In this document: positions 15,740 to 24,953 of the stretch, piece after piece
How positions within the stretch are numbered: position 1 is the first letter of the stretch
Layout: each line of letters begins with the position of its first letter
Source of the DNA: Escherichia phage PhiNW-E1
Strand: one strand, 5' to 3'
Length of the DNA: 45,197 nucleotides
Sequence record: PQ476011.1
Notes under the pieces: model-generated
The model's database searches: none
The model's input: the letters and a program-made list of their open reading frames with translations, nothing else
Told to the model about the DNA's origin: nothing
Position numbers and translations under genes: made by a program

Positions 15740-17728
15740 ATGGCTATTATTCAGAATGTACCGTGTCCTGCCTGTCAAAAGAATGGACACGATAAATCCG
15801 GCAATCATCTCATGATATTTGATGATGGTGCTGGCTATTGTAACCGTGGTCATTTCCACGATAACGGCAAGCCTTACTATCATAAGCCAGATGGTGGCAT
15901 CGAGATCACCGAGTTGCCTATTACTGGCAATATCAAATATACACCTTCTCAATTCAAAGAGATGGAGAAGGAAGGGAAGATAAGCGACCCTAAGTTACGC
16001 GCCATCGCACTTGGTGGCATGCGTATGAAAGACCGATGGGAGGTCATGAATGAGCAAGAAAGGGCAGACCAAGAAGCAGAGTGGAAACTTGATGTTGAAT
16101 GGTTCCTCACGCTTAAGCGTAAGAATCTTGTTTCCCGACACATTCGCGGCGACATTTGCGCATTGTATGATGTACGTGTCGGACACGATGAAGATGGTAG
16201 AGTCTCACGGCATTACTATCCACGCTTCGAGAAAGGTGAGCTAGTAGGCGCTAAGTGTCGCACATTACCTAAAGACTTTAAGTTTGGTCATTTAGGTAAA
16301 CTCTTTGGTATGCAAGATCTTTTCGGTATGAATACCTTGTCTCACGTGTTAGACAAGGGAAGACGAAAGGATTGCTTGCTTATTGTGGGCGGCGAACTGG
16401 ATGCACTAGCAGCACAGCAAATGCTCCTTGATTCTGCCAAGGGTACTAAGTGGGAAGGCCAGCCTTACCATGTATGGTCTGTCAATAAAGGTGAGTCTTG
16501 CCTTGAAGAGATAGTACAGAACCGTGAACACATCGCCCAATTTAAGAAGATTATATGGGGTTTTGATGGCGACGAGGTGGGGCAGAAGCAGAATCAGCAA
16601 GCGGCTCGCCTGTTTCCTGGCAAATCCTATATCCTTGAATACCCTTCTGGTTGCAAAGATGCTAACAAGGCATTGATGGCTGGCAAGGCTAAAGAGTTTG
16701 TTGATGCTTGGTTTAATGCCAAGTCATCTGATGAAGTCTTTGGTAGCCAGATTAAATCTATCGCATCTCAAAGGGATAAGCTCAAGGCTGCACGTCCAGA
16801 GCAAGGGTTATCATGGCCTTGGCCTAAGCTGAACAAGGTAACGCTAGGTATTCGTAAGAACCAGCTTATCATTGTAGGTGCAGGCTCTGGTGTAGGTAAG
16901 ACTGAGTTCCTTCGCGAAGTGGTTAAGCACCTCATTGAAGAGCACGGTGAATCTGTAGGCATCATTTCTACAGAAGACCCGATGGTCAAGGTGTCCCGTG
17001 CTTTTATCGGTAAGTGGATTGATAAGCGTATTGAGTTACCGCCAACCAACGACCCGAAAGAAGACGGATACCGTGAGGTGTTCGACTACACCGAGGAAGA
17101 AGCTAACGCTGCCATTGATTATGTGGCTGATACAGGAAAGCTATTTGTGGCTGACCTAGAGGGTGACTATTCGATGGAGAAGGTAGAGCAAACTTGCCTA
17201 GAGTTTGAGGCTATGGGTATTTCTAATATCATCATTGATAACTTAACGGGGATTAAATTAGATGAGCGTGCTTTTGGTGGGAAGGTTGGTGCACTTGATG
17301 AATGCGTCAAACGAATTGGTACTATCAAAGACCGACATGCGGTTACGATTTTCCTTGTCTCTCACCTTACACGTCCTCCGGCAAACCGTACCCAACACGA
17401 AGAAGGTGGCGAAGTTATCCTTTCTGACTTCCGAGGCTCAGGCGCTATCGGATTCTGGGCATCTTACGCCTTGGGGATTGAGCGTAATACAAGAGCTGAA
17501 ACGCTTGATGAAAGGACTACCACGTACATCTCTTGTGTCAAAGACCGCGACCAAGGTATCTACACAGGAACCAAAGTCATGCTCAAGGGTGACATTCAGA
17601 CCGGACGCTTGAGAGAACCACAAGCTAGAACAAGGTCGTTTGATACAGGCGAAGCAAGGCAACAAGAAGTACCGGATTTACCGGACACTATAGAAGAGAC
17701 AACATTTGACGATGAACAGGAGTTTTAA
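15740..17728 (+). CDS. DNA primase/helicase (T7 gp4 family)
   Basis: 662 aa; N-terminal Cys zinc motif CPACQKNGHD...CNRGH; Walker A GAGSGVGKT; acidic C-terminal tail ending DDEQEF. Confidence 0.9.
   Translation: MAIIQNVPCPACQKNGHDKSGNHLMIFDDGAGYCNRGHFHDNGKPYYHKPDGGIEITELPITGNIKYTPSQFKEMEKEGKISDPKLRAIALGGMRMKDRWEVMNEQERADQEAEWKLDVEWFLTLKRKNLVSRHIRGDICALYDVRVGHDEDGRVSRHYYPRFEKGELVGAKCRTLPKDFKFGHLGKLFGMQDLFGMNTLSHVLDKGRRKDCLLIVGGELDALAAQQMLLDSAKGTKWEGQPYHVWSVNKGESCLEEIVQNREHIAQFKKIIWGFDGDEVGQKQNQQAARLFPGKSYILEYPSGCKDANKALMAGKAKEFVDAWFNAKSSDEVFGSQIKSIASQRDKLKAARPEQGLSWPWPKLNKVTLGIRKNQLIIVGAGSGVGKTEFLREVVKHLIEEHGESVGIISTEDPMVKVSRAFIGKWIDKRIELPPTNDPKEDGYREVFDYTEEEANAAIDYVADTGKLFVADLEGDYSMEKVEQTCLEFEAMGISNIIIDNLTGIKLDERAFGGKVGALDECVKRIGTIKDRHAVTIFLVSHLTRPPANRTQHEEGGEVILSDFRGSGAIGFWASYALGIERNTRAETLDERTTTYISCVKDRDQGIYTGTKVMLKGDIQTGRLREPQARTRSFDTGEARQQEVPDLPDTIEETTFDDEQEF
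17676..17698 (+). promoter_or_regulatory. Phage RNAP promoter embedded in the 3' end of the primase/helicase gene
   Basis: GATTTACCGGACACTATAGAAGAG; +1 G at 17693. Confidence 0.65.
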
Positions 17729-17889
17729 TGGAAATTATTAAACCAGTATTGAATATCGGTATTGAAATCCTATTCATGCTTGTGATCGCAGATTATGCTG
17801 CACGATATGGATTCAAGAAAGCTGTGAAACTTATCGTTGCATCTGGTTTTCTTATGTCAATGTTCTTTATTGTAACACGCCTTATCTAG
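17728..17889 (+). CDS. Small membrane protein (53 aa)
   Basis: Hand-translated; ATG overlaps helicase stop (TAATG); two hydrophobic segments. Confidence 0.45.
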   Translation: MEIIKPVLNIGIEILFMLVIADYAARYGFKKAVKLIVASGFLMSMFFIVTRLI

Positions 17890-17906
17890 TGTATTTATCA
17901 GGGCTT

Positions 17907-17922
17907 GTCTCACATGTGAGAC
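17907..17922. repeat. 16-bp palindrome GTCTCACATGTGAGAC, copy 3 (extended hairpin 17901-17928 with U-rich 3' flank)
   Basis: Flanks extend the stem; followed by CTCTTATTAAG. Confidence 0.7.
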
Positions 17923-17961
17923 AGGCTCTTATTAAGTACATTAAATAACTGGAGATTGATT

Positions 17962-18645
17962 ATGTATAAATTAGTATTGAATGCAGGTGATTATGTTCGT
18001 AACATCAATGCAACCTCACGTAGATATCGTTGCCGTGGTACTGTGACTAATGTAAGTGAAAACAGCTACTATGTAGAGTACAGTAATGGTATTAGACAGG
18101 CTTATCAAAAGGAATCAGCACATAACTACCTTGAGAAGATTGGAGAGGTAAGCAATCAATGTAAGTGCGTACACGATGAGATTTGCGATAAGTGTGCCCG
18201 CCAGATGCATAAAATGCTATTATACCCTCTTCGCTATGGTGCTGGCATTCAAACCTTAGCAGAGGCATATGGCAAAGGTAAGACTACACTTAATAAAGAT
18301 CGCCGCAATGTAATCACTGGTAAGACTCAAAGTGAAATGATTAAGCAATGTGGCACTGCACTAGGTGTTACGCAGTTTAACACTCGTGCTCTTGGTAAAT
18401 CCACAGGACAAGCTATGGTGAAGATTGGTGAAGCCATGATGCACCCAAATGTACCTGTGCGAATCATGGATGTTGACCATGCAATCACAGAACACGGTAC
18501 ACCACGACGTGTAGCTAATAAGCATTTTGCCGACACTATAGAAGGTATTATCCGTAAGCAAGGGTTGAAAGGTCTTCACCTCTTGAATGGTGAAGAATTA
18601 CTGTATCTCCCTATTGTTACTGAAGAAACCTACGTGAATATTTAA
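17962..18645 (+). CDS. Hypothetical Cys-rich protein
   Basis: 227 aa from ATG 17962 (RBS GGAGA 17951-17955); CKCVHDEICDKC cluster. Confidence 0.6.
   Translation: MYKLVLNAGDYVRNINATSRRYRCRGTVTNVSENSYYVEYSNGIRQAYQKESAHNYLEKIGEVSNQCKCVHDEICDKCARQMHKMLLYPLRYGAGIQTLAEAYGKGKTTLNKDRRNVITGKTQSEMIKQCGTALGVTQFNTRALGKSTGQAMVKIGEAMMHPNVPVRIMDVDHAITEHGTPRRVANKHFADTIEGIIRKQGLKGLHLLNGEELLYLPIVTEETYVNI
18524..18546 (+). promoter_or_regulatory. Variant phage promoter inside ORF 17962-18645
   Basis: CATTTTGCCGACACTATAGAAGG; +1 G at 18541. Confidence 0.45.
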
Positions 18646-18655
18646 GGGGTTAATC

Positions 18656-18871
18656 ATGACTAAAGTATTAATTTATATGAGAGGTTCTCGTAGATGCTAT
18701 GCAGTTGTATCACCTGATGGTGTCAAGCCCTATGGTACTTCAAAGGGGTTGGCATTAATAGGTGCCAGTCGTAGTGTAAGTTTTCAGAGGGAACTTTTCG
18801 GTCATTGGACTGAAAAAGAGTTCCGTAAAGATTTTAAAGTTATTGGCTCTTTTATGGTGGAGACTAAGTAA
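18656..18871 (+). CDS. Hypothetical protein
   Basis: 71 aa; RBS AAGGGG. Confidence 0.5.
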   Translation: MTKVLIYMRGSRRCYAVVSPDGVKPYGTSKGLALIGASRSVSFQRELFGHWTEKEFRKDFKVIGSFMVETK

Positions 18872-19125
18872 TGAAACAACGTGCAATCAAACGCTGCATC
18901 AAGCGTGCTCAGAAACAATTACGTCGTGGTACATTTAAAGGCCGTATGCGTATTGTAAGTTTTAATGCTAAAGGTATGGTCTTTGTTAGATCTTATCAAG
19001 AGGGTCGAACTATTTATGTAAACGATAAGGGTATTGGCTGGGGCAGAGGCGCTGCACTAGGTAATGGTGGTGGTCACGGTCATTGGGTAGGTAGCAAAGT
19101 AGAGGTGGCAATCTCTTATGTCTAA
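18871..19125 (+). CDS. Hypothetical basic, Gly-rich protein
   Basis: 84 aa; RBS GGAGA; start overlaps upstream stop (TAATG). Confidence 0.5.
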   Translation: MKQRAIKRCIKRAQKQLRRGTFKGRMRIVSFNAKGMVFVRSYQEGRTIYVNDKGIGWGRGAALGNGGGHGHWVGSKVEVAISYV

Positions 19126-19291
19126 ACATAGCCTTAAGATGTTCGATGGTCACGAAGACCTGCAAGCCAAGATTACTAACCAAGCCTTCCTGTTCGCACA
19201 GTTAACTATGGCTGAAGCAAAGAAGAATAGCCTGACGCGTGAACAGGTTATCAAGGAAAGTGAAGTGAAACGTAAGATTCGCAGTCGATAA
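19118..19291 (+). CDS. Hypothetical protein (57 aa)
   Basis: Hand-translated; overlaps upstream gene end by 8 nt. Confidence 0.4.
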   Translation: MSKHSLKMFDGHEDLQAKITNQAFLFAQLTMAEAKKNSLTREQVIKESEVKRKIRSR

Positions 19292-19301
19292 GTCAAGGGT
19301 T

Positions 19302-19317
19302 GTCTCACACGTGAGAC
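19302..19317. repeat. 16-bp palindrome variant GTCTCACACGTGAGAC, copy 4 (hairpin 19298-19321)
   Basis: Centre is CACGTG instead of CATG; followed by CTTTCATCAT. Confidence 0.65.
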
Positions 19318-19348
19318 AGCCTTTCATCATATTGATTGGAGGTGCATT

Positions 19349-19456
19349 ATGCCACGTGATTATGATTCTGATTGGGACTACTATGACTCAATGAATCCAA
19401 AACCCGAACGTTCAGATGATTACTACGAAACAGAGGCAATGTATGAAGACTATTAA
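19349..19456 (+). CDS. Small acidic Tyr/Asp-rich protein (35 aa)
   Basis: Hand-translated; RBS GGAGGTG 19338-19344. Confidence 0.4.
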   Translation: MPRDYDSDWDYYDSMNPKPERSDDYYETEAMYEDY

Positions 19457-19661
19457 ATTAAGCAAGGTTTGCTCTTGCGGTAAAGGTTATCGCAGTCGTA
19501 TTGATGGCAAGTGTGAAAACTGCCGCACTAAAAGGCAGAAAGATCACAATAATAAATACCACATGCACTTAATGTATCTTGACCTTAAAGCTACACCTGA
19601 TTCTGTATTAGGTAAAAGTCTTAGAGTTAAATACTTTGGAGCAATCTATGAAATCAAGTGA
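19443..19661 (+). CDS. Small zinc-ribbon-like protein
   Basis: 72 aa from ATG 19443; CSCGKGY...CENC. Confidence 0.45.
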   Translation: MKTIKLSKVCSCGKGYRSRIDGKCENCRTKRQKDHNNKYHMHLMYLDLKATPDSVLGKSLRVKYFGAIYEIK

Positions 19662-22194
19662 TTGGAAGAAGGAAGCAGAAGGTCGTATCTTAGTAATGGA
19701 TGCGGAAGCTAAAGGTCTGCTGGATACTATCCGCTACGGTCATCGTGAAGATGTACACATCATTTGCTGCATGGATTTGCTTACTACAGAGGAGTTCTTA
19801 TTCTTTGACCCATATGAGATGCGTGACCCTGAAGCAAGGGAACACCTGAAAGAGTGGGAAGGCCATCAAGATGGAACCTTGGTTGATGGTGTTAACTTCC
19901 TAAAGCACTGTGAAGCCATCGTCTCACAGAACTTCCTAGGGTACGACGGCCTTCTATTTGAGAAAGCATTCCCTGATATCTGGAAAGGCTTTAACTATAC
20001 CGAGAGACGCGGCAAGGGCAGACTCCGCGCTGACCTGTGTCCGGTACGCGTCATGGATACGCTGGTCATGAGTCGCCTGTTAAACCCCGATAGACGCCTT
20101 CCTCCGCAAGCATATGCCAAAGGTATGGGTAACGTCGCCCCTCACTCAATTGAGGCGCACGGCATCCGTATAGGCCGCTATAAACCGGAGAACGAGGACT
20201 GGTCTAAACTAACTGACCACATGGTTCACCGTGTACGCGAGGACGTGGCGATAGGCCGTGACCTATTCCTCTGGCTATTTAACGGAGAATGGACGGAGCA
20301 CAAACGCCGTGGCGTGAATAAACGCACTGGCCTAGGTATTGAGACAGCCTTCCACATGGAGTCCATTGTGGCGCTGGAGATGAGCCGTCAGGCCGAGCGT
20401 GGATTCCGTCTGGATATAGATAAAGCATTAGCACGATGCGAAGAACTGGACGCTAAGATTGATGAGACAGTCGCAGCGTTCCGCCCTCACATGCCTATGC
20501 GTATCAAGTCTAAACCTTTTAAACCGGAAGAAAAGAATGAAGTATGCCAACGCGCAAATGAGTATGGAGCTAGCAACAATATACCTACTGTCCTTGACCC
20601 CTCACACTTTCTTCATGCCGAGAGACGAGGAGATCGCAAGACAGTATGGAGTGTCACTACTAAGTCTGGTGATTGGTCGGCTAGTGTCAAGAAAGACTTT
20701 CCTCACCTTAGAGGAAACCGTAATGACACGCCAAGTATCAAGTGGATTGGTGCTTACTCGCCTGTTACTTTCGAAGAGATTCCCTTGGGTAACAGGGATA
20801 CAGTTAAGCAAGTGCTCTATGATTATGGATGGAAAGGTGTTGAATTTAACGATACCGAGCAAGCGCATCTGGATGAGTATGGAGTGTTACCCAAACCTTG
20901 GAGTGGGAAGATAAATGAAAAGTCCCTTACTTTATGGCAAGAGAGAGCCGCACGTGAAGGTAAAACAGTCCCTGATTGGTGCTTGGGTATCGCTGCATGG
21001 TACATACTCGTATCCCGTCGTGGTACGATCCTTAACCGTGGTGACGTTGAAGCCTTCGACCAGAAGGGGGTGTGGCCTTCGCAAGCTGGTGTACGAAAGT
21101 GTCGCGGCCTTGTACCTGTAGCATTTAACAAGGAGTTAGGAATCAATGCGCAGCAATACTATGAGAGGTATGGGTGTTGGCCTACGTCTGACAAGGATGA
21201 CGGAGAGTGGCGTGTTCCAGCTATTGCTATTAGTATTGGTACTTCTACGTTCCGTATGCGTCATCGTAACGTGGTTAATATTCCTGCCCGTGGCTTGTAT
21301 CCTTTACGTGATTTATTCATAGCAGGTAAAGGTAAGCTAATCCTCGGCTGTGATGGTGCTGGTCTTGAACTACGTGTACTATCTCACTTCATGAATGACC
21401 CTGAGTATCAAGATATTGTACTGCATGGTGATATACATACTCATAACCAGATGAAGGCTGGTCTTCCCAAGCGTGATATGGCGAAGACATTTATATATGC
21501 CTTCTTATATGGGTCTGGTATAGCTAACCTTGCAGCAGTATGCGGTGTTACTGAGGAAGAAATGAAGGAAGTTGTGGCAAGATTTGAGATTGAACTACCT
21601 TCCCTTGCACGTCTTCGTGAGAATGTTATCGCACAAGGTAACAAGTTTGGCTATCTACAAGCACCTGATGGGCATTGGGGTCGCATCCGTATGTCTGGTG
21701 GTGAACTTAAAGAGCACACTATGCTTAACGTACTACTCCAGATGACTGGCTCTCTGTGTATGAAATACGCATTGGTCAGAGCGTTTGCAGTGATGCGCAA
21801 GGAGGGTGTGGCTCTAGATAGCATGGGTAACCCTTGCGGTGTAGCTAACGTGCACGATGAAATCCAGATGGAAGTACCTGAAGATGAGGTCTTGTATCTC
21901 AACTACGACTTGCCTTTCACCGTAGAAGGGTTCGAAACAGAGAAGGCTGCTGTGAAAGCAGTGTTCGATGCAGAGGAGAAACGTGTTCATGTGGATTCTG
22001 AAGGACGTATGTGGTCTGCTGCAAATCTCGTTAGCGTTGATGCTGATGCTGGTGTACTTCATTGCCAGCGTCGTTATCACCGTGCAGGGCATATCATTGC
22101 CGATGCAATGACTTGGGCTGGTCATTATTTGAAGATGCGTTGTCCGATGGCAGGTGAGTATAAGATTGGTGCAAGCTGGAAGGAAACACACTGA
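19648..22194 (+). CDS. DNA polymerase, family A (T7 gp5 family) with 3'-5' exonuclease domain
   Basis: 848 aa from ATG 19648 (RBS GGAG 19637-19640); exo motif ILVMDAEAKGL; motif A CDGAGLELR; motif B DMAKTFIYAFLYGSG; motif C VHDEIQ. Confidence 0.9.
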   Translation: MKSSDWKKEAEGRILVMDAEAKGLLDTIRYGHREDVHIICCMDLLTTEEFLFFDPYEMRDPEAREHLKEWEGHQDGTLVDGVNFLKHCEAIVSQNFLGYDGLLFEKAFPDIWKGFNYTERRGKGRLRADLCPVRVMDTLVMSRLLNPDRRLPPQAYAKGMGNVAPHSIEAHGIRIGRYKPENEDWSKLTDHMVHRVREDVAIGRDLFLWLFNGEWTEHKRRGVNKRTGLGIETAFHMESIVALEMSRQAERGFRLDIDKALARCEELDAKIDETVAAFRPHMPMRIKSKPFKPEEKNEVCQRANEYGASNNIPTVLDPSHFLHAERRGDRKTVWSVTTKSGDWSASVKKDFPHLRGNRNDTPSIKWIGAYSPVTFEEIPLGNRDTVKQVLYDYGWKGVEFNDTEQAHLDEYGVLPKPWSGKINEKSLTLWQERAAREGKTVPDWCLGIAAWYILVSRRGTILNRGDVEAFDQKGVWPSQAGVRKCRGLVPVAFNKELGINAQQYYERYGCWPTSDKDDGEWRVPAIAISIGTSTFRMRHRNVVNIPARGLYPLRDLFIAGKGKLILGCDGAGLELRVLSHFMNDPEYQDIVLHGDIHTHNQMKAGLPKRDMAKTFIYAFLYGSGIANLAAVCGVTEEEMKEVVARFEIELPSLARLRENVIAQGNKFGYLQAPDGHWGRIRMSGGELKEHTMLNVLLQMTGSLCMKYALVRAFAVMRKEGVALDSMGNPCGVANVHDEIQMEVPEDEVLYLNYDLPFTVEGFETEKAAVKAVFDAEEKRVHVDSEGRMWSAANLVSVDADAGVLHCQRRYHRAGHIIADAMTWAGHYLKMRCPMAGEYKIGASWKETH

Positions 22195-22310
22195 TGGACA
22201 GGTTTGATGTTGTTTGCCTATTCTCTATCTTCTTTCTTATATTCCTTATGCTTGCTTGCTATGGAAGTATACGATTAGATATACCTGATGAAGAGGAGGG
22301 TTACGATTGA
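22194..22310 (+). CDS. Small hydrophobic peptide (38 aa)
   Basis: Hand-translated; ATG overlaps DNAP stop (TGATG). Confidence 0.35.
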   Translation: MDRFDVVCLFSIFFLIFLMLACYGSIRLDIPDEEEGYD

Positions 22311-22408
22311 TGCAAACTGCTTTTATCATTCTTGGGATCATATTATTTATGGTAGTATTCTGGGCTTTCTCTGGCATTGACCCAGATTGTGATGGTAACT
22401 ACGACTGA
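22310..22408 (+). CDS. Small hydrophobic peptide (32 aa)
   Basis: Hand-translated; RBS GAGGAGGG 22292-22299; single TMD. Confidence 0.35.
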   Translation: MQTAFIILGIILFMVVFWAFSGIDPDCDGNYD

Positions 22409-22476
22409 GTTATACTCAAGGTCACTTACGAGTGGCCTTTATGAATAACTTATTCCTACTTATTTTGTCTAACATG

Positions 22477-22499
22477 ATTTACTGGACACTATAGAAGGA
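22477..22499 (+). promoter_or_regulatory. Phage RNAP promoter
   Basis: GATTTACTGGACACTATAGAAGGA; +1 G at 22494; followed by TAGGT-rich leader. Confidence 0.7.
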
Positions 22500-22564
22500 A
22501 AGCCTAGGTAATCTAGGTTTATAAGGTAGTATAGGTAATTAAGTAAATATAGGAGATATAAAAT

Positions 22565-22942
22565 ATGTCTATGGTAACTACTCTGGTATTCGTGGCTCAA
22601 TACTTTCGTGGTCTTGCTAATAAGTTCAAGTCCAAGGCTATCAAAGCTATTGAGGCTCGCATCGAAGCAGTACAGGCAGAGCAAGTTAAAGTTGAAGAAC
22701 ATCGTAGTTCTCAAATGATTGACTGCCATAACCGCTACTATGCATCTCGTGATGAACTAAATGCACGTCAAGTCAAAGAGGTAGAAGATATGCTGGCACG
22801 TCACCAGCAAGAGCGTGACAGCCTGAAAGCTGAATTTGAAGAGAACAAGGCATCAATTGCTCTTGTAAATCAAGCTGCATCTGACAGCCTGAAGAAAGAG
22901 ATTGTTATGCTGGAAATAGAACTGGACAACTTGACTAAATAA
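22565..22942 (+). CDS. Hypothetical coiled-coil protein
   Basis: 125 aa; RBS AGGAGAT. Confidence 0.55.
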   Translation: MSMVTTLVFVAQYFRGLANKFKSKAIKAIEARIEAVQAEQVKVEEHRSSQMIDCHNRYYASRDELNARQVKEVEDMLARHQQERDSLKAEFEENKASIALVNQAASDSLKKEIVMLEIELDNLTK

Positions 22943-22947
22943 GGGTT

Positions 22948-23247
22948 ATGATGGAAGAAGTGATTCAAGCTAAACATGTAGGTATCATCTTTCGTGATCT
23001 AGAGCAGCGTAAAGTTGCAGGTCACACTCGTCTGGCTAAAGAAGACGATACAGCAATCACTACTGTGGAACAAGCAGATGCCTATCGTGGTCCAGAGTTT
23101 ACTCAAGGTGAAACTTGTCATCAATTGAGCCTTTCACTTTGTGACACTATGGCTAGTGTAAATGTACAAGAGGTTGAAGATGGTGAATGTGTTAGTTATG
23201 TCTACCCTCTCGATACTATTGCACGTATTAAGGTAGTTCATAAGTAA
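22948..23247 (+). CDS. Hypothetical protein
   Basis: 99 aa; RBS AAGGG 22941-22945. Confidence 0.5.
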   Translation: MMEEVIQAKHVGIIFRDLEQRKVAGHTRLAKEDDTAITTVEQADAYRGPEFTQGETCHQLSLSLCDTMASVNVQEVEDGECVSYVYPLDTIARIKVVHK

Positions 23248-23268
23248 TTACTGGACACTATAGAACAA
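23246..23268 (+). promoter_or_regulatory. Phage RNAP promoter
   Basis: TAATTACTGGACACTATAGAACAA; +1 G at 23263. Confidence 0.7.
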
Positions 23269-23324
23269 TAGGTCGGCTTAGTTCGGCCTATGATTGTGTA
23301 GTGTAACAATAGGAGACTAAATAA

Positions 23325-24131
23325 ATGGCACGTGGTGATTTTGATTTTGGTGCTCAGGTTACTAAAGCTGAAGGTAAAGTATTTAAGAACCCTGAAGTTG
23401 GTGATCATGAAGCAGTAATCTCTGGCATCATTCATGTTGGTTCCTTCCAAGATATCTTTAAGAAAGGTAATACCACTGAAGTTAAGAAGCCAGCAAACTT
23501 TGTTCTTGTTAAGATTATCCTGATGGGTGACGACGATAAGAATGAAGATGATTCTCGCATGGAACAATGGATGGCTGTGCCTCTGAAGTCTGGTGATAAG
23601 GCAACGCTGACTAAGTTCCTGAATGCAGTTGACCCTAAAGAGTTGCTGGGTGGCTTCGATGATTTTATCGGTGAATGTCTGACTGCAACTATGGTTGGCT
23701 CTGGTGACAAGAATGATGATGGTACTTTCAAGTATGTTAACTGGAAAGGCTTTGGCGGTATGCCTGATAAGTTGAAGAAGCTTGTACTGGCTCAGGTAGA
23801 AGAGGAAGGTCTGTCTATGACAGGTCATATCACCTTCGACAAGCTGACCAAAGAAATCCTTGATGACATCCCAGCTAACTTGGTACGTCAATACTTCCTG
23901 AACGAGACACCTCGTGGTAAGAACCTGTCTGTTGCTGGCTCTCACGTAGAAGCTATTATCAAAGCTGCTCGTGAAGAAGACCCTGAATGGAAGAAGGCTA
24001 AGAAGAAAGATGAGGAAGATGCTACCCCAGCTAATCGTAAATCTCTGGATACTGGTGAGTCTGTTCCACAGGAAGTACCTGAAGCAGAAGATACTCCTGC
24101 ACCGGAGATGGATGAGGACGCGGAATATTAA
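23325..24131 (+). CDS. Putative ssDNA-binding protein (T7 gp2.5-like role), acidic C-terminal tail
   Basis: 268 aa; RBS AGGAGA; position between promoter and exonuclease block; C-terminus EDTPAPEMDEDAEY; assignment is by context and tail, not strong sequence identity. Confidence 0.55.
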   Translation: MARGDFDFGAQVTKAEGKVFKNPEVGDHEAVISGIIHVGSFQDIFKKGNTTEVKKPANFVLVKIILMGDDDKNEDDSRMEQWMAVPLKSGDKATLTKFLNAVDPKELLGGFDDFIGECLTATMVGSGDKNDDGTFKYVNWKGFGGMPDKLKKLVLAQVEEEGLSMTGHITFDKLTKEILDDIPANLVRQYFLNETPRGKNLSVAGSHVEAIIKAAREEDPEWKKAKKKDEEDATPANRKSLDTGESVPQEVPEAEDTPAPEMDEDAEY

Positions 24132-24140
24132 GGAGAAAGG

Positions 24141-24359
24141 ATGAAAGTACAAATCGTAACCCTGCACTGCAAGAAAGGAATTACAACTCTTGGCGGCAAC
24201 ACTTTTCACTCCTTCTCTGAAGGGGACACATATGCCGACCTGCACTACATCTGGCGCGACGGACAGCACGTGGTGAACTACAGCGACCCAGCTACGGGGA
24301 AACGCCACGGCGTATCGCTTCCGGCGCATGACATTGCTCAGGTGAACACAGTTTTATAA
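24141..24359 (+). CDS. Hypothetical protein
   Basis: 72 aa; RBS GGAGAAAGG. Confidence 0.5.
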   Translation: MKVQIVTLHCKKGITTLGGNTFHSFSEGDTYADLHYIWRDGQHVVNYSDPATGKRHGVSLPAHDIAQVNTVL

Positions 24360-24360
24360 A

Positions 24361-24376
24361 GTCTCACGTGTGAGAC
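24361..24376. repeat. 16-bp palindrome variant GTCTCACGTGTGAGAC, copy 5
   Basis: 15 bp upstream of promoter 24392. Confidence 0.65.
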
Positions 24377-24391
24377 AAATCGGTATCCGGT

Positions 24392-24414
24392 ATTTACTGG
24401 ACACTATAGAAGAG
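24392..24414 (+). promoter_or_regulatory. Phage RNAP promoter
   Basis: TATTTACTGGACACTATAGAAGAG; +1 G at 24409. Confidence 0.7.
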
Positions 24415-24464
24415 AAGAATTTTAATCGGCGATAATGCCATAACCAACAAAAGGAGAATTTAAT

Positions 24465-24836
24465 ATGTTCAAGATTGAAACTATCGTAAACCGTGTTGTT
24501 AAAGGTGCTGCTCTGGTATCCGTTGAGTCTTTCATTATCGTCGATGAAGCTGATCAACTGGTAGCTGGTACTAAGGCTTACGATACCCGTGAAGAAGCTC
24601 AGGCTAAGATTGACAGCATGGGTAACTTCGCTGCTGGTCTGGAGTTCGCTCGTGCTTGCTTCCCTGAGCAGGCTGACAAAGCCCAGATCGGGAAGGCTAA
24701 CATCGTAGCTGAATATCTGGATTGGATTGCTGCTGGTAAACCAGTGAAAGAAGTTAAAGCTGCTGAAGAAGCTGAAGCTCCTGCAGTAGAAGTGTCTGCA
24801 CCGGAAGCTCCGGTTAGCGAAGAGGAAGAGTTTTGA
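24465..24836 (+). CDS. Hypothetical protein with acidic C-terminal tail ending in Phe
   Basis: 123 aa; RBS AAAAGGAGA; C-terminus PVSEEEEF. Confidence 0.6.
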   Translation: MFKIETIVNRVVKGAALVSVESFIIVDEADQLVAGTKAYDTREEAQAKIDSMGNFAAGLEFARACFPEQADKAQIGKANIVAEYLDWIAAGKPVKEVKAAEEAEAPAVEVSAPEAPVSEEEEF

Positions 24837-24895
24837 TAATAGCAGGTGTAGCCTCTGTTAGTCCTAGTTGACTATCACGCTCACCTTATCTAATG

Positions 24896-24927
24896 CCCTG
24901 TCTGCCTTAGTGTAGGCAGGGTCTTTT
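24896..24927 (+). terminator. Hairpin plus U-tract terminator, paralog of the post-capsid terminator
   Basis: CCCTGTCT-GCCTTAGTGT-AGGCAGGG then TCTTTTG; closely similar in sequence to 33931-33964. Confidence 0.55.
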
Positions 24928-24953
24928 GCGTAATAGTTATTGGAGAATGAATT

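Noticed and set aside
17962-18645. Family A DNA polymerase-like motifs (LYPLRYGAG, VHDEI) in the 227-aa Cys-rich protein
   Set aside because: Motifs occur in the wrong order and spacing compared with the true polymerase at 19648-22194; judged coincidental.
20459-20914. 151-aa plus-strand ORF in an alternate frame inside the DNA polymerase gene
   Set aside because: Fully embedded in the polymerase coding region, whose frame carries the conserved motifs; no independent start signals.
23238-24329. 363-aa ORF on the minus strand
   Set aside because: Antisense to the well-supported SSB-like and adjacent plus-strand genes; low-complexity Phe/Leu/Ser-rich translation; no RBS; every supported gene in this genome is on the plus strand.
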